From Bugula neritina (Eukaryota > Animalia > Bryozoa), in contig OZ037769.1 of assembly GCA_964035545.1 (NCBI GenBank), forward strand, positions 16,398,633 to 16,462,632: a stretch of DNA of 64,000 nucleotides. Reading direction: 5' to 3'. Shown here piece after piece: positions 26,501 through 40,174 of the stretch. The notes beneath the pieces are model-generated. The model made no database searches. It saw only the letters and a program-made list of their open reading frames with translations, and was not told the DNA's origin. The number at the start of each line of letters is the position of its first letter. Position 1 is the stretch's first letter. The position numbers were made by a program, and so were the translations under genes.

Positions 26501-29500
26501 TACTGAGAGGTGGAATACTGAGAGGTGGGATACTGAGAGGTGAGATACTGAGAGGTGGGATACTAAGAGGTAGAATACTGAGAGGTGGGATATTGAGAGG
26601 TGGGATACTGAGAGGTGGAATACTGAGAGGTGGGATACTGAGAGATGAGATACTGAGAGGTGGGATACTAAGAGGTGGGATACTGAGAGGTGGAATACTA
26701 AGAGGTGGGATACTGAGGTGGGATACTGAAAGGTGGGATACTGAGAGGTGAGATATTGAGAGGTGAGATACTGAGAGGTTGGATACTAAGAGGTAGAATA
26801 CTGAGAGGTGGGATATTGAGAGGTGGGATACTGAGGTGGGATACTGAGGTGGGATACTGAAAGGTGGGATACTGAGAGGTGAGATATTGAGAGGTGAGAT
26901 ACTGAGAGGTGGGATACTGAGGTGGGATACTGAGGTGGGATACTGAGAGGTGGAATACTGAGAGGTGGGATACTGAGAGGTGAGATACTGAGAGGTGGGA
27001 TACTAAGAGGTAGAATACTGAGAGGTGGGATATTGAGAGGTGGGATACTGAGGTGGGATACTGAGAGGTGGGATACTGAGAGGTGGGATACTGAGAGGTG
27101 GGATACTGAGAGGTGAGATACTGAGAGGTGAGATATTGAGAGGTGAGATACTGAGAGGTGGGATACTGAGGTGGGATACTGAAAGGTGGGATACTGAGAG
27201 GTGGGATACTAAGAGGTAGAATACTGAGAGGTGGGATATTGAGAGGTGGGATACTGAGGTGGGATACTGAGAGGTGGGATACTGAGAGGTGGGATACTGA
27301 GAGGTGGGATACTGAGAGGTGAGATATTGAGAGGTGAGATACTGAGAGGTGGGATACTGAGGTGGGATACTGAAAGGTGGGATACTGAGAGGTGAGATAT
27401 TGAGAGGTGGGATACTGAGAGGTGGGATACTGAGAGGTGGGATACTAAGAGGTAGAATACTGAGAGGTGGGATACTGAGAGGTGGGATACTGAGAGGTGA
27501 GATACTGAGAGGTGAGATACTGAGAGGTGGGATACTGAGAGGTGGGATACTGAGAGGTGGGATACTGAGAGGTGGGATACTGAGAGGTGGGATACTGAGA
27601 GGTGGGATACTGAGAGGTGGGATACTGAGAGGTATGATACTGAGAGGTGAGATACTGAGAGGTGAGATACTGAGGTGGGATACTGAGAGGTGGGATACTG
27701 AGAGGTGGGATACTGAGAGGTGAGATACTGAGAGGTGGGATACTGAGAGGTGGGATACTTAGAGGTGGGATACTGAGAGGTGAGATACTGAGAGGTGAGA
27801 TACTGAGGTGGGATACTGAGAGGTGGGATACTGAGAGGTGGGATACTGAGAGGTGGGATATTGAGAGGTGAGATACTGAGAGGTGGGATACTGAGAGGTA
27901 TGATACTGAGGTGGGATATTGAGAGGTGGGATACTGAAAGTTGGTATAATGAGAGGTGGGATACTGAGGTGAGATACTGAGATGGGATACTGAGAGGTGG
28001 GATACTGAGAGGTGAGATACTGAGAGGTGAGATACTGAGAGGTGGGATACTGAGAGGTGGGATACTGAGAGGTGGGATACTGAGAGGTGGGATACTGAGA
28101 GGTGGGATACTGAGAGGTGGGATACTGAGAGGTGGGATACTGAGAGGTATGATACTGAGAGGTGAGATACTGAGAGGTGAGATACTGAGGTGGGATACTG
28201 AGAGGTGGGATACTGAGAGGTGGGATATTGAGAGGTGAGATACTGAGAGGTGGGATACTGAGAGGTATGATACTGAGGTGGGATATTGAGAGGTGGGATA
28301 CTGAGAGGTGGGATACTGAGAGGTGGGATACTGAGAGGTGGGATACTGAGAGGTGGGATACTGAGAGGTGGGATACTGAGAGGTGGGATACTGAGAGGTG
28401 GGATACTGAGAGGTGGAATACTGAGAGGTGGGATACTGAGAGGTGAGATACTGAGAGGTGGGATACTAAGAGGTAGAATACTGAGAGGTGGGATATTGAG
28501 AGGTGGGATACTGAGAGGTGGAATACTGAGAGGTGGGATACTGAGAGATGAGATACTGAGAGGTGGGATACTAAGAGGTGGGATACTGAGAGGTGGAATA
28601 CTAAGAGGTGGGATACTGAGGTGGGATACTGAAAGGTGGGATACTGAGAGGTGAGATATTGAGAGGTGAGATACTGAGAGGTGGGATACTAAGAGGTAGA
28701 ATACTGAGAGGTGGGATATTGAGAGGTGGGATACTGAGGTGGGATACTGAGGTGGGATATTGAAAGGTGGGATACTGAGAGGTGAGATATTGAGAGGTGA
28801 GATACTGAGAGGTGGGATACTGAGGTGGGATACTGAGGTGGGATACTGAGAGGTGGAATACTGAGAGGTGGGATACTGAGAGGTGAGATACTGAGAGGTG
28901 GGATACTAAGAGGTAGAATACTGAGAGGTGGGATATTGAGAGGTGGGATACTGAGGTGGGATACTGAGAGGTGGGATACTGAGAGGTGGGATACTGAGAG
29001 GTGGGATACTGAGAGGTGAGATACTGAGAGGTGAGATATTGAGAGGTGAGATACTGAGAGGTGGGATACTGAGGTGGGATACTGAAAGGTGGGATACTGA
29101 GAGGTGGGATACTAAGAGGTAGAATACTGAGAGGTGGGATATTGAGAGGTGGGATACTGAGGTGGGATACTGAGAGGTGGGATACTGAGAGGTGGGATAC
29201 TGAGAGGTGGGATACTGAGAGGTGAGATATTGAGAGGTGAGATACTGAGAGGTGGGATACTGAGGTGGGATACTGAAAGGTGGGATACTGAGAGGTGAGA
29301 TATTGAGAGGTGAGATACTGAGGTGAGATACTGAGGTGGGATACTGAGAGGTGGGATATTGCGTACCTGTCTTGACCCTGAGGTCAGAGAGAACGCTGGT
29401 CAGCAGACGCCACTTGACCTGGTAGAGTTCAGCCGGCATCTGAACTGTGACAGCCGAGTAGGCAGCGACTTTCCCGCACATGGCGTAAATTAGGTCAAAG

Positions 29501-32500
29501 AAGAGCGAGACCTGTAGCATCACCAATTAGCTTGTAGTAGTACACAGTATGCGAGTATTACATCATCAATTAGTGCGTAACAGTACACAGTATGTGAGTA
29601 TTACCTCATCAATAAGTGTGTAGTAGTACACAGTATGTGAGTATTACATCATCAATAAGTGTGTAGTAGTACACAGTATGCGAGTATTACATCATCAATA
29701 AGTGTGTAGTAGTACACGGGATATGAGTATTTCATCATCAATTAGCTAAATTGATGCATAGCAATGAGCTAGTTTATGAATTTAATTTCCAACTAGTGAG
29801 TGTGTCAGGGAAAGACAACTTACAAGTCAATAACTAGAATATAATAGGTGGATATTTCACATCAAGACAAAAAGAACTCTACTAAAATGCTGACTCACTC
29901 GCAATGGCTTTGCCCCGCTGTCAATTCCCACATACGTACAGTTGTTCAGCGGACTGACATTCGTGAAGGACAGTAATTTCTCAACAACCTTTTTGTTAAA
30001 GTAGACGACTCCCACAACCTGTAAGACAATTTAATATTTGTAATACAATATTGTATACTTTAATATGTAGTCAAGTAAAGTACTATGCTAAACTATGCAG
30101 TATAATCGTTGGTATAGTTACAAGATTTAGGAATATATAATTTTGTATCATACACCGTCATTTATAATACAAACTAACATTATATAAAACAAACTAACAT
30201 TACATTTATATTATATTACACTACAGTGTCACACTACAGTGTCACACTATACTGTCACACTATACTGTCACACTATACTGTCACACTACACTGTCACACT
30301 ATACTGTCACACAGCTGTGACGTACTGTTGGTTCCTTACCACATTCACGGTTCCGTCGGGATGACTAAACTGATGAAGTTTCTCCGTATCTCTCCTGTAG
30401 AGAATGTCCTTGACATAGCCCTAAAACCACAAGCTATAATACACCTTGCTGACCGTCTCAGAACACGTGCTTACACAAGAAACTTGCTACTAAAACATTT
30501 CCTGCCGAAATTATTCTGACATAAAATCCATTTCCTACTGACTGAAAACTCTAGTAAAAGTTGTGTTAGTCTCACTCACAGAGTTAACTTTACCAAGTCA
30601 CTAGTAACTCACACTAACCACCAACAGTACTACTACTGAGTGAACTACTAACACCCCATCACTAGTAACTACCTCATCATCAGTAACATAGACTCCGTGT
30701 CGCTGTGCCCCAACAATATCGCCTCTAATAGATAGTGCCAGCACATCTGTAGTCTCTTTGTACGCAGACCAGTCTATTTCTGGTAAATAGAAAAATAATC
30801 TATAAATTAGTATGAAAAATCTATAAAATAAAACGATTTTTCAGTCTAATTTTACTTCAAAGCATGCTAGTATATCTACTGTATATACACGTCTGCTAGT
30901 ATATCTACTGTATAAACACGTCTGCTAGTATATCTACTGTATAAACACGTCTGCTAGTATATCTACTGTATAAACACATACTAAAAGAATGCGGAATGGA
31001 TAGGATCATATCTGTACTGCATATCCAGACCCCTGGGGGAGCACCTGCAGCCACCTGCAATCAGGCATCACATCTAGAGTTATTATAAACATGACATGTG
31101 TCACTCGACTGTCACAAGACTTGAACTTTCTGTAAACTTTATTATTAAACTTATAATAAGTCCAACCCTCAGTATATACACATACACACATACACTCGTA
31201 CATTGTGACACACAGACAGACATACACACAGACAGACACCTGGTTGGTCATGAGTAGAATGAGATGGTCCAATGTCGTCATCAGGCCATAGTCAAAGGAA
31301 ATGACATCATCAGCTGAAGAAGAAGTGATGTCAGAGGTTGAACGGGGAATGTTGACAAACGCTCTGCCTGTGCCGTTGAACATGTAATGGCCGCCCTGAA
31401 AGTATGTAATACGTCCAAATCAGTAAAATTTTATACGTTAAAATAAAGTTTATGTTATAAATATTACTCATATTTTGCAGTCTTACATGTTTATTAATTA
31501 AATAAACCTTAAGGAATCACTAAAAATTTGCTGTACAACTCAATTTGAGTATAATAAAGAAGAGTAGTGTGGTAATGAAGAAATTGAGAGAGCCAAAGCT
31601 ATAGAATTTCAACTAATTTTGGCTTAGGGTTGAAATTCTTGCTAGGGCATAACTTCTTCTGCTTCTAATCTAAAACACAGGCTTTTCTCAATTTTTGCCA
31701 TTACAGAAATGTAGCATATGTAATATTCTAACTTTAGACTATTACACAACAAACATTTTTCATAAATTACTACACTACTTGAAAAGCTGTCATTATTTCA
31801 TCAAGGAAAATATGGTTAGAGTTAACTTATCAAAACGATGTAACTTTTGGAAAAGTATACTTGAAGGAAGTTTATAAAACATGCTGATGATAAAGTAAAC
31901 ACTGCTTCACCAGAGAATGTGAGATCTTAGCAAGTGCTAGCAGGTGATACATTAATCTATAAGATGTCATCTAGTGTCAAGGGTTGCCAAGTGTCAAAAC
32001 TCAACCTAGGGCTGAACTGGTACTGAAGATGTTAAAATTTAGTGGCTATTGAACTTCTCTACCTTTTAAATTTTGAGAAAATTTTTTAAGGTTGTGTAAT
32101 TTTATTAAATGTGTTTATTTAAAACCAGACAAAGCTTTGCATATTTGAAGACTAAGTGGGGTATTGAATGCAATAATTATCAAAAATACTACTAATTTAG
32201 ATATCAGAAGAAATATGATGATCACGACTAAATAGTCAAGTCAAAGTAACTACCAGCTCAGCCCTACGTTTCACTGAATCAAACTAAATGCTGGTTCATC
32301 TTTACTTTTCACTGAGTAAAAATACGCACCTGGCCAGCCCTACTTTTCACTGAGTAAAACTGAATACCAGGCCAGCCCTACTATGCACAGCTGCCAAACT
32401 AATGATGAAATGATTAAAGAAGAATGGAGGAGTGCAAAGTCTGATGCCCTGGGCAGGCTCTAGCATACCAGACAGACAGACAGACAGTGTCAGGTTATGT

Positions 32501-33631
32501 AAACTACTAACTTCAGAAAGTAATGACACACAAATAACTTGTGCATAATATTTACGTTTCTGTAACCAGAAGTGTCAGTGTATTTCTACAAGAAGATTTC
32601 GTGCGCATTATATCCAGAACCCACTCTAATTAATTAGAAAACACCAACATAATGTGAATATAAAATAATCTAAATAGAAAATGTAATTACAGAACAAAGT
32701 AAAGACATACCACGTGTAGTATGAGTATGTGTGCATCATCCAACACGTCACTGTTGACTACCTGCAGAGTAAATATCTCAGACTATTATATTCAGCTGTA
32801 AGCAACGTATCTAGTTTATCAAAAGTCTATTAGTTTATCTACACCAGATATTTTTAATAAACTTGTAATTCACACAGCAACGGGTAGCTACAAGGACCGC
32901 CCTCACCGTGTACCCGGCTTGAGCTGCAAGGTTCTCCGCTATGACTAGAAGAGCATTAAGAGTTGCCCCACCACTTCCGATTCCCTTCACTGGATCATCA
33001 ATAACGAGCGTGAGAGTGTCTTTGTCAATAAGACCTTTACTCTGTCTAGCCTTCAGTTCTACAATATCATGAGGGCAAAGTTTGGGCACCCTAAAAAGAA
33101 GACCCTAAGCAGATAGTGGAAAAAATTAGAGCTAAGCCTTATCTGCCAGCATTGCTAATTACTACTAGTGAACTAAGGTGACACACAAAGTGAGTTTAAG
33201 ATCTAAGTCTATATTGATGTCAACAATATGCATGAGTAGTTTACAGGACCTACTTTGATACTTATTGCCTGACATTATTAGTTAAATCAGTCACACTGTG
33301 CACTAGTTACACCAAGGGAGACTACTCCAATATATATATGTAAAGTAGCTAAAATAGAGCTATTGTAAAAACTTTACAATACAAGTTTGTAGAGGAAATT
33401 AAACAATCATTGTCTTGAAAACTGATACAAAATTTGTCAGTTTTTAATTTGGATATATAAATATGCGGGTTGAGGAATGAATGCAATTATCACTGCCTTG
33501 ATTAACTAGACTGTAAACTCAAAGTGAAAATTTTATATTACAAGATGTTAGAAGATACCTCTCTGCAAAGCATCACAGCCAGCTGTAGGTCCGCATGTCA
33601 GGGCAATCACTTTCCATGACTTGCCAGTCAT
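17542..33631 (-). CDS. FCSK: L-fucose kinase (N-terminal pyrophosphorylase-like region plus GHMP kinase domain), 23 coding exons, ~1075 aa
   Basis: Motifs [71 protein letters not shown] and GAGGGGF. Exons traced from 33559-33631 to 17542-17631 with a continuous frame (3228 nt). Confidence 0.95.
17742..18066. repeat. 20-bp AT-rich intronic minisatellite
   Basis: Direct periodicity in the FCSK last intron. Confidence 0.9.
19098..19215. repeat. 27-bp minisatellite, ~4 units, overlapping an FCSK splice acceptor
   Basis: Unit GTGGAGGACCTACAGCAGTGGTGAGAT; on the minus strand it includes CTGTAG|GTCCTCCAC. Confidence 0.85.
20590..20695. repeat. 13-bp minisatellite (CACTGTACATACA)n
   Basis: Direct periodicity in an FCSK intron. 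Confidence 0.85.
22208..22316. repeat. 19-bp minisatellite overlapping an FCSK splice donor
   Basis: Unit AGTAGAATACCTGGTAGGT; on the minus strand it includes CCAG|GTATT. Confidence 0.85.
23865..29360. repeat. 5.5-kb satellite of 15-bp (GAGAGGTGGGATACT) and 13-bp variant units, with higher-order structure
   Basis: Fills FCSK intron 23845-29366. The diagnostic variant AAAGTTGGTATAAT recurs at 24204, 24719, 26049 and 27937. Confidence 0.97.
29525..29745. repeat. 43-bp intronic minisatellite, ~5 units
   Basis: Unit similar to ATAAGTGTGTAGTAGTACACAGTATGTGAGTATTACATCATCA. Confidence 0.85.
30864..30978. repeat. 29-bp intronic minisatellite, ~4 units
   Basis: Unit TGCTAGTATATCTACTGTATAAACACGTC. 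Confidence 0.8.
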
Positions 33632-35717
33632 GATTGTTTCGGAATGAATGACAATATGACCTGTGAAAATCACAAAATGTATATAAACATTACATAACTA
33701 ATGATTTCTAACAGCATATCTAACATTTATATAGGTAGTGGAGGCTACACTAAATAAAATGCCATATCTACTAACACCGAGAAAATTAAAACTTAAACAC
33801 TTTGGTAACACCTAATCAGAATCACAATGGCACAAAATTCATAAGCCCCTCCAACGGCAGTATTTATAGCGGTAGTTATACTAATAATAACAGTTAAGTT
33901 ATTCATTTATTACAACAGCTAGCTTGCAGCTTTAAGTCTAATTCTAAGAGTTTTTCTTTTCAAACTTGTTTAGTCACAGTCTTCGAATTGGTTTTCAATT
34001 TTTGGTATTGCAAGTATTATAATTATTTTACTGTTTTAGCAATACCCAAAGTTAATTTTATTTATGTTATTTATTGCTATTGACTTATCAGTTATCAAGC
34101 TCACTTTGACTTTCAGTGTCAGTGACTGTGAGTGTGACACTCACTCACGCTGATACTGATAGACTGATTGTGAACGCAAATTGTATTTCACATTTGATGT
34201 GTTCAAACTTTAATTATTTGTTTGTAGTAGTCGTATTACCAGTTTCAGCTTGTATTTACTGTTATTTTATTTTTTAAAATGTTGCTAAACCTAACCTGAT
34301 TTTAACTTAACACAGCGCAATGTCTCTCTCCTTTTTATGCAACTCACTCTCAGGTTGCAAGCTGGCGAAACTCGAGCTTATAATAACCGCAGTGACTGAT
34401 TACTACTTTAACCACTGAGATCCAACGTTTCTGGAAATATTGTTATTCATGTTATCGAAGTTATCAATGAGTTATTTTATAGACGTCAAAGCAAAAGTTC
34501 AAGATAACAGTTTAGTTAATGCAGATTGCAGGTAATTATTGTTATTAAAATTGATAAGCTTGTTATTGTAAACGTTTAACAATTCATTGCATAAATAAGC
34601 TTGGCCTTCACACCAAAAAGGCAGCCTCCTGTAGCCCATCGGTTACACGTAATTAATTGATTTTCATCATCATGACCAGTTTCGTTCATGTCATTTTGAG
34701 AGTTATATGTAGATGGTTTAGCAAACAACAAACATTTAATTTTTGAGTAGAAATTGTTAATTATTATGGCGCTGATTTGCGCTATAGTTATACGGTTTTG
34801 CTTTCACCTGTTTGTGTAACTTTAAGTTTGTTTGTTTGTTTGTTTGTTTGTTTTGTTAGAACCTTTAGACCTGTGATTGTTGATTACTACAAGTCTTATG
34901 ATCTTAAATCTTGTGAAGTTTAAGTTTATAATTCTATTAGCATTTTGATTTTCAGTTTTTCTCATTCAAGTCATTAATTTAATATTTAATTTAAAATAAA
35001 ACTACTTATGATTTCTACTGTTCTTTATAATTATGCTGGACCTAGTACTAGTAGTTTCAACAATAACTTTCGAGTTGGACTATAACTATTTAGATTATAA
35101 TTTATTACAATTAATATTATGATATAAATTAAAATATGTAGTTAGTAATTACAATATTTATATTTCATTATTATATCCATTAATATTTGCCAATAGAATT
35201 AGTGTTAGAGTTTATTCAGCCATATCTCAATAAATATATATGTTTAAATTTTAGTGGTATTCTTATAATATCAGTAATAGTTAGAGTATTATTAATGTTT
35301 GAATTCTGATAGTTATAAATTGTAAGAAAAATAAAAATAAAATAATATTGATATATTAAACAAACTTTGAAGTTTGCAGTCAATGTTTTTAAAAGTTTGC
35401 TTTGGGGTTAGATAAAACATTATTTTCTATTCTTGCTGTAACTGCATCAGTTCTAAAAATGTCATCTATTTCAAAGTAGGATACAGTATATATAGCAGAG
35501 TTTCGTTCCATAAATTTTTATATCACTAATAAACATCATTTGCTATTTAATATTATATCAGTATTATATTGTTATTGTATTAGGCTATATTGCTTTTCTA
35601 TTCATAGTTATATTATTTATATACGCTTTGTAATGCACTAGTTTTTGATGACCTTATCAAATGATAAATTTATGTTTCCAGTTAAAGCCACACATATTCC
35701 ACCAGAAGTACTACACT

Positions 35718-38700
35718 ATGTACAGACAGAGGGTTTGTATTCACTTTCTTATTAACTTATATTATCATTTTATCTATGGTAGACTGGTTATTGCATCTGT
35801 TTGTGCAATAAAAACATTTATACTTTTTCTTGACTAATATTTAGGCTCTGAAAAAATCAGTTTGCACATATTAAGATTGTCTTACAATTTACTATTTTAC
35901 TTTATTAAATTCCTTATATGTAAGTAGGTAGTAATTCCTTTGAATGATTGACACGGATAGGGAATATATTCATGTATGAGGAGATACAATGTAAACATTG
36001 CATTGTTCAAATAACAAGCAGCTATTCATTCTATAAATATATAATCAACTGCACAAACTCTCCTAGCAGTTTATGATATCCTGGATACTCAGGTGCTCTC
36101 ACTGAGCTAAGTAAAGTATAGTTTAGTCAAACTAGCTGTAAACTTGTATGTATATACTAAGATATAGGTGCTTATAGTTTAATGAATCACCATTATTTTT
36201 ATCATGTCTTATATACATAGTATATTGTATATTATTATAATTTATCTTTCTTTTTACACTGTATATTATATCTTTTATTACATGTTGCCATATTGTATAT
36301 TATATCTTCTCATTTCACAAATATATATCGAATGAATATGATTTGTAATTGAAACTTATAGGAATTTATTTTATGTTCAAATCAATGTTCTATATATAAT
36401 CTCTCCCCGCAGTACCCTAACGATCCCGGCATGCATAACATGGGTGGTAGACATCGGACTCACATAGAGCCCGCCCCCACCTTTGGTGGCAGAGTGTGCA
36501 GTAGTCTAGTGGCTACAGTTGTAGGAGTTATTCTAATACCTGCAGCTGTTACTCTGCTTGCATACAACGAGGTTTGTATGAGTTAACAATAACAATAATA
36601 AATTATTATTATTTAATGCACTACTTTTTTAGATTCTTATTTTTTAGACCAGGGTAGGGTTGTAGCAGTTCTTATTTCATTTTAGGGTAGAGCTGTGACA
36701 ACAGCCAAGTCTCTTGATGAAGGTCTCTCGTTAGTCAATATTTTAGGCTCCAGTCAAATAGTTGAACCACACTTGAATGGGAAACTGGTGCACCTTTCTG
36801 GTAGAATAAGTTGTGATGAGGTGAGTGTTGATAGTACTAGTAGTTGTTGTAGTACTACTGGTAGTAGTGGTGGCGGTACTAGTAGTTAATAGTATTAGTG
36901 TTAGCGGTGGTAGCAGTAGCAGTGGTAGTATTAGTAGTAGTAGTAGAAGTAGTAGTAGTAGTAGTAGTGGCAGTATCAGTAGTAGTAGTAGTACTAGTAG
37001 TAATGGTACTAGTTGTAATAGTACTAGTAGTAATAGTACTAGTAGTAATAGTACTAGTAGTAGTACTAGTAGCAATAGTACTAGTAGTAATAGTGCTAGT
37101 ATACTCACAGTATAATATACAATGTATAATGAAGGTAGTGAGAGACCCGCTGCACGGTGTAGCTGTGAATGCAATCTCACTGAAACGTACTGTGGAGATG
37201 TACCAGTGGGAGGAGACAACCCACAGGTATTCTCTCTATATTTCTGTGCTGCCTAAGTTGATGTGTTTGTGAGTCAGCAATGTCATGGAATGCTGACGCT
37301 GTTATTTCATAACGTTGTAGAGATGAAAGAGAATTACCTAATGGTGATAAAGAAGTCCGCACATCTTACAGTTATAGTAAGTAGTTCTACGGATACAGTT
37401 GTGTTTCTTCCTTGTATCCATGGCAACCAGATGCTTGTTTTCTTTTCCTGCAGTGAATGCTTCCCACTTTGTTATTGCGCGGCTATTCATACTAAACTAC
37501 AATTAGTGAAGTTCCTTTCAAGGTTTAAATTCATTGTAATTCTTGTAGACCAGGTATGGAGGTCAAATCTCATCCGGAGCTCTGCATTTGATAACTCTGT
37601 GATGTATCGCAACCCTGAGTAAGTTAGTTACATCTATACATGATCTACTATTCTATTTATCTGTTATATATATTATAAGGATGTCACTTCTATAAATATT
37701 CTACAGTTGTAATAATATTTGTTGTACGCTGATTTTAGTGTGATGCCATTTGAGTCAGAAACATACAAGACATCTAAAGTGATGGTCGGGGCGTTCACCC
37801 TCTCCTCCAGTAAGAGTTCTTTTAGTTTAATTAGCTCTTAGTCTACCGCATTCATTTGATATATTATTCCTTTTTGTATATTTTATGTGAGAAAGTGTGT
37901 CTGTTGAGCTCTACACCAGGTTCACTGTGTCTTATATAGAGCTTGTGGCAGAGATCAATGATTATCATGATTTGACTCCAACAGTTGTCCCTGATGGTCT
38001 TTCTCATGTTAGGATACACGGCAAATATATGTACTACTCTGACGACCCCAACTATCCTAAGGTGGGCTCTCAGTCTATACTGTACACTCTCAGTCTATAC
38101 TGTATACTCTCAGTCTATATTGTATACTCTCAGTCTATACTGTATACTCTCAGTATATACTCTATACTCTCAGTCTATACTGTATACTCTCAGTCTATAT
38201 TGTATACTCTCAGTCTATACTGTATACTCTCAGTCTATACTGTATACTCTCAGTATATACTGTGTACTCTCAGTCTATATTGTATACTCTCAGTCTATAC
38301 TGTATACTCTCAGTCTATACTGTATACTCTCAGTCTATACTGTATACTCTCAGTCTATACTGTATACTCTCAGTCTATACTGTATATATTTCTAGGTGGG
38401 AGATGTGAGAGTTGCCTTCTCTTATGCAGGTTTATGTAAAGACAGTAAACTGGGCCAGGCACAATTGGTGAGGCTTTATCATTTTGTTCCATTACAAACA
38501 TATTATACTATTTATCATTGTTTACAAATGGCCGCTCTCCCGTTGCCTAGCTACTGAATTGTTGTCTACTTTGTTCAGGTCTCTGTAATGGCAATGCAAG
38601 ACGGGTTCACCTTAACTGGCTACCAAACTCAAGCTGGGAACGTTCTGGAAATGATTTCTCTGTCACATAAATCTCCCAAAGTTAGTGTCCTGCTATTGGA

Positions 38701-39370
38701 CAGTTTTATCTATATACTCGCATGTCATTGGCTGATTCTCGCTTCAAATAAATTGGAGATTTTTGCTCAGCTAAAAGTTTAATCACAAAATCCAAGATGG
38801 ATAACATTTTTTATAAAGGAAAGTTTTATTAAAATATTATTTTGAGTTTAGCAGCCAACATTAAAGAGAGTTGCTATCCATGAGATGTTTTTACAGGAAA
38901 TGGTAAGCTCCGCCCACTCTCAAAACAACCTCATGACGTGGCTGATCAGAGGGGCTGGTTTATTCATCAACTTCCTGGGGTTCACCTGTCTCACCAGTCT
39001 TATCCGCACATTGGGTGAGTGTCCTATATCCCCATTATCAGATAACTAGTATACATATATGTTATATTGTATTATATATTGTGTTGCAGTGTTCTATATC
39101 CCCACTATTATAGAACTAGTATAATTTATAGTGGATTATTATATTGCAGTGTCTTATATCCCCATTATCAGAGAACTAGTGTACATATCCGTAACGTCTT
39201 TCAACATCTCGCTATCCGTCAGCCTCTCTTTGGTCACCATAGCCCTGAGTTGGATAGTGTATCGACCTACGATGGCGCTGAGTATCATAGCCTTAGCTGC
39301 TGGGTTCATCATTCTACCAAGACTGAGGGTCTCCTCCCACCTCCCCTCTCAAGGGCGGAGATTTGTTTAA
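35718..39370 (+). CDS. TMEM43: Transmembrane protein 43 (LUMA), ~12 coding exons
   Basis: MYRQR|YPNDPGMH...LAYNE|GRAVTTAKSLDEGLSLV...GKLVHLSG, LKRTVEMYQWEE, WRSNLIRSSAFDN, SDDPNYPK|VGDVRVAFSYAG, TWLIRGAGL and WIVYRP. Collinear with TMEM43. The first coding exon 35718-35732 is inferred from phase. Confidence 0.93.
36830..37100. repeat. (AGT)n/(TAGTAC)-rich microsatellite in a TMEM43 intron
   Basis: Direct; source of the poly-Ser, poly-Val and poly-Leu ORFs. Confidence 0.9.
38067..38388. repeat. 20-bp intronic minisatellite (CTCTCAGTCTATACTGTATA)n, ~16 units
   Basis: Fills nearly the whole TMEM43 intron. Confidence 0.92.
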
Positions 39371-39788
39371 CATCCGTCCTCTAGCTTTATTTCTACACTC
39401 TGGAGTTATCTTTCCAATATTTCCAATTATTTTTATGTATGATTTGCATGTCAATATAATTTTTATGTATTCATCAGCTTTAATTTTTTACCAATCATAA
39501 TTTTCATATAATTTTATTTGAGTCATATGCTTTTAAATTATTATACATTTATATTATTTTGTTTGTGTTTCTACATTGTCCAATAGCTCAAAGCACAACT
39601 TCTGCCGATTTTGTACCTAAATGTTTCTGGAATAAATCTATCAGTGAATATTCTAAAAAAATATTAGTTTATTCCCCAAAATACAAATACATGTTATTAA
39701 AAATAATTTCTTTAAATGCTTGAGCAATATTTTTCTCCAAACGCACAGCAAAGTCAACATAGGGCTATGTACTGGACTCATAAGAGAT

Positions 39789-39993
39789 TATATAGGTCAC
39801 ATGTGTACATGCTATATAGGTCACATGTGTACATGCTATATAGGTCACATGTGTACATGCTATATAGGTCACATGTGTACATGCTATATAGGTCACATGT
39901 GTACATGCTATATAGGTCACATGTGTACATGCTATATAGGTCACATGTGTACATGCTATATAGGTCACATGTGTACATGCTATATAGGTCACA
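39789..39993. repeat. Perfect 24-bp minisatellite (TATATAGGTCACATGTGTACATGC)n, ~8.5 units
   Basis: Identical units between two convergent gene ends. Confidence 0.95.
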
Positions 39994-40174
39994 TTGAGGA
40001 CAGCAAACTGATTGGCTATAGAGTAGCCACTCTCAAGGTCAATAAATGCATAACGAGAATTATCCTCTCTTGTATTGTATTGGCTCGACTTTCAATTATT
40101 TCTCTTTCAAATTCCAATTGTTATTCAAACTAGCTAACTGCAGGTATGTGTCAATGTATGTCTTGGTACAGAAC

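Noticed and set aside
25010-29360. RGGIL, WDTER and SQYPT repeat ORFs
   Set aside because: Translations of the 15-bp satellite inside an FCSK intron; frames break at each 13-bp unit.
36743-37272. Poly-Leu, poly-Val and poly-Ser ORFs suggesting membrane proteins
   Set aside because: (AGT)n microsatellite within a TMEM43 intron.
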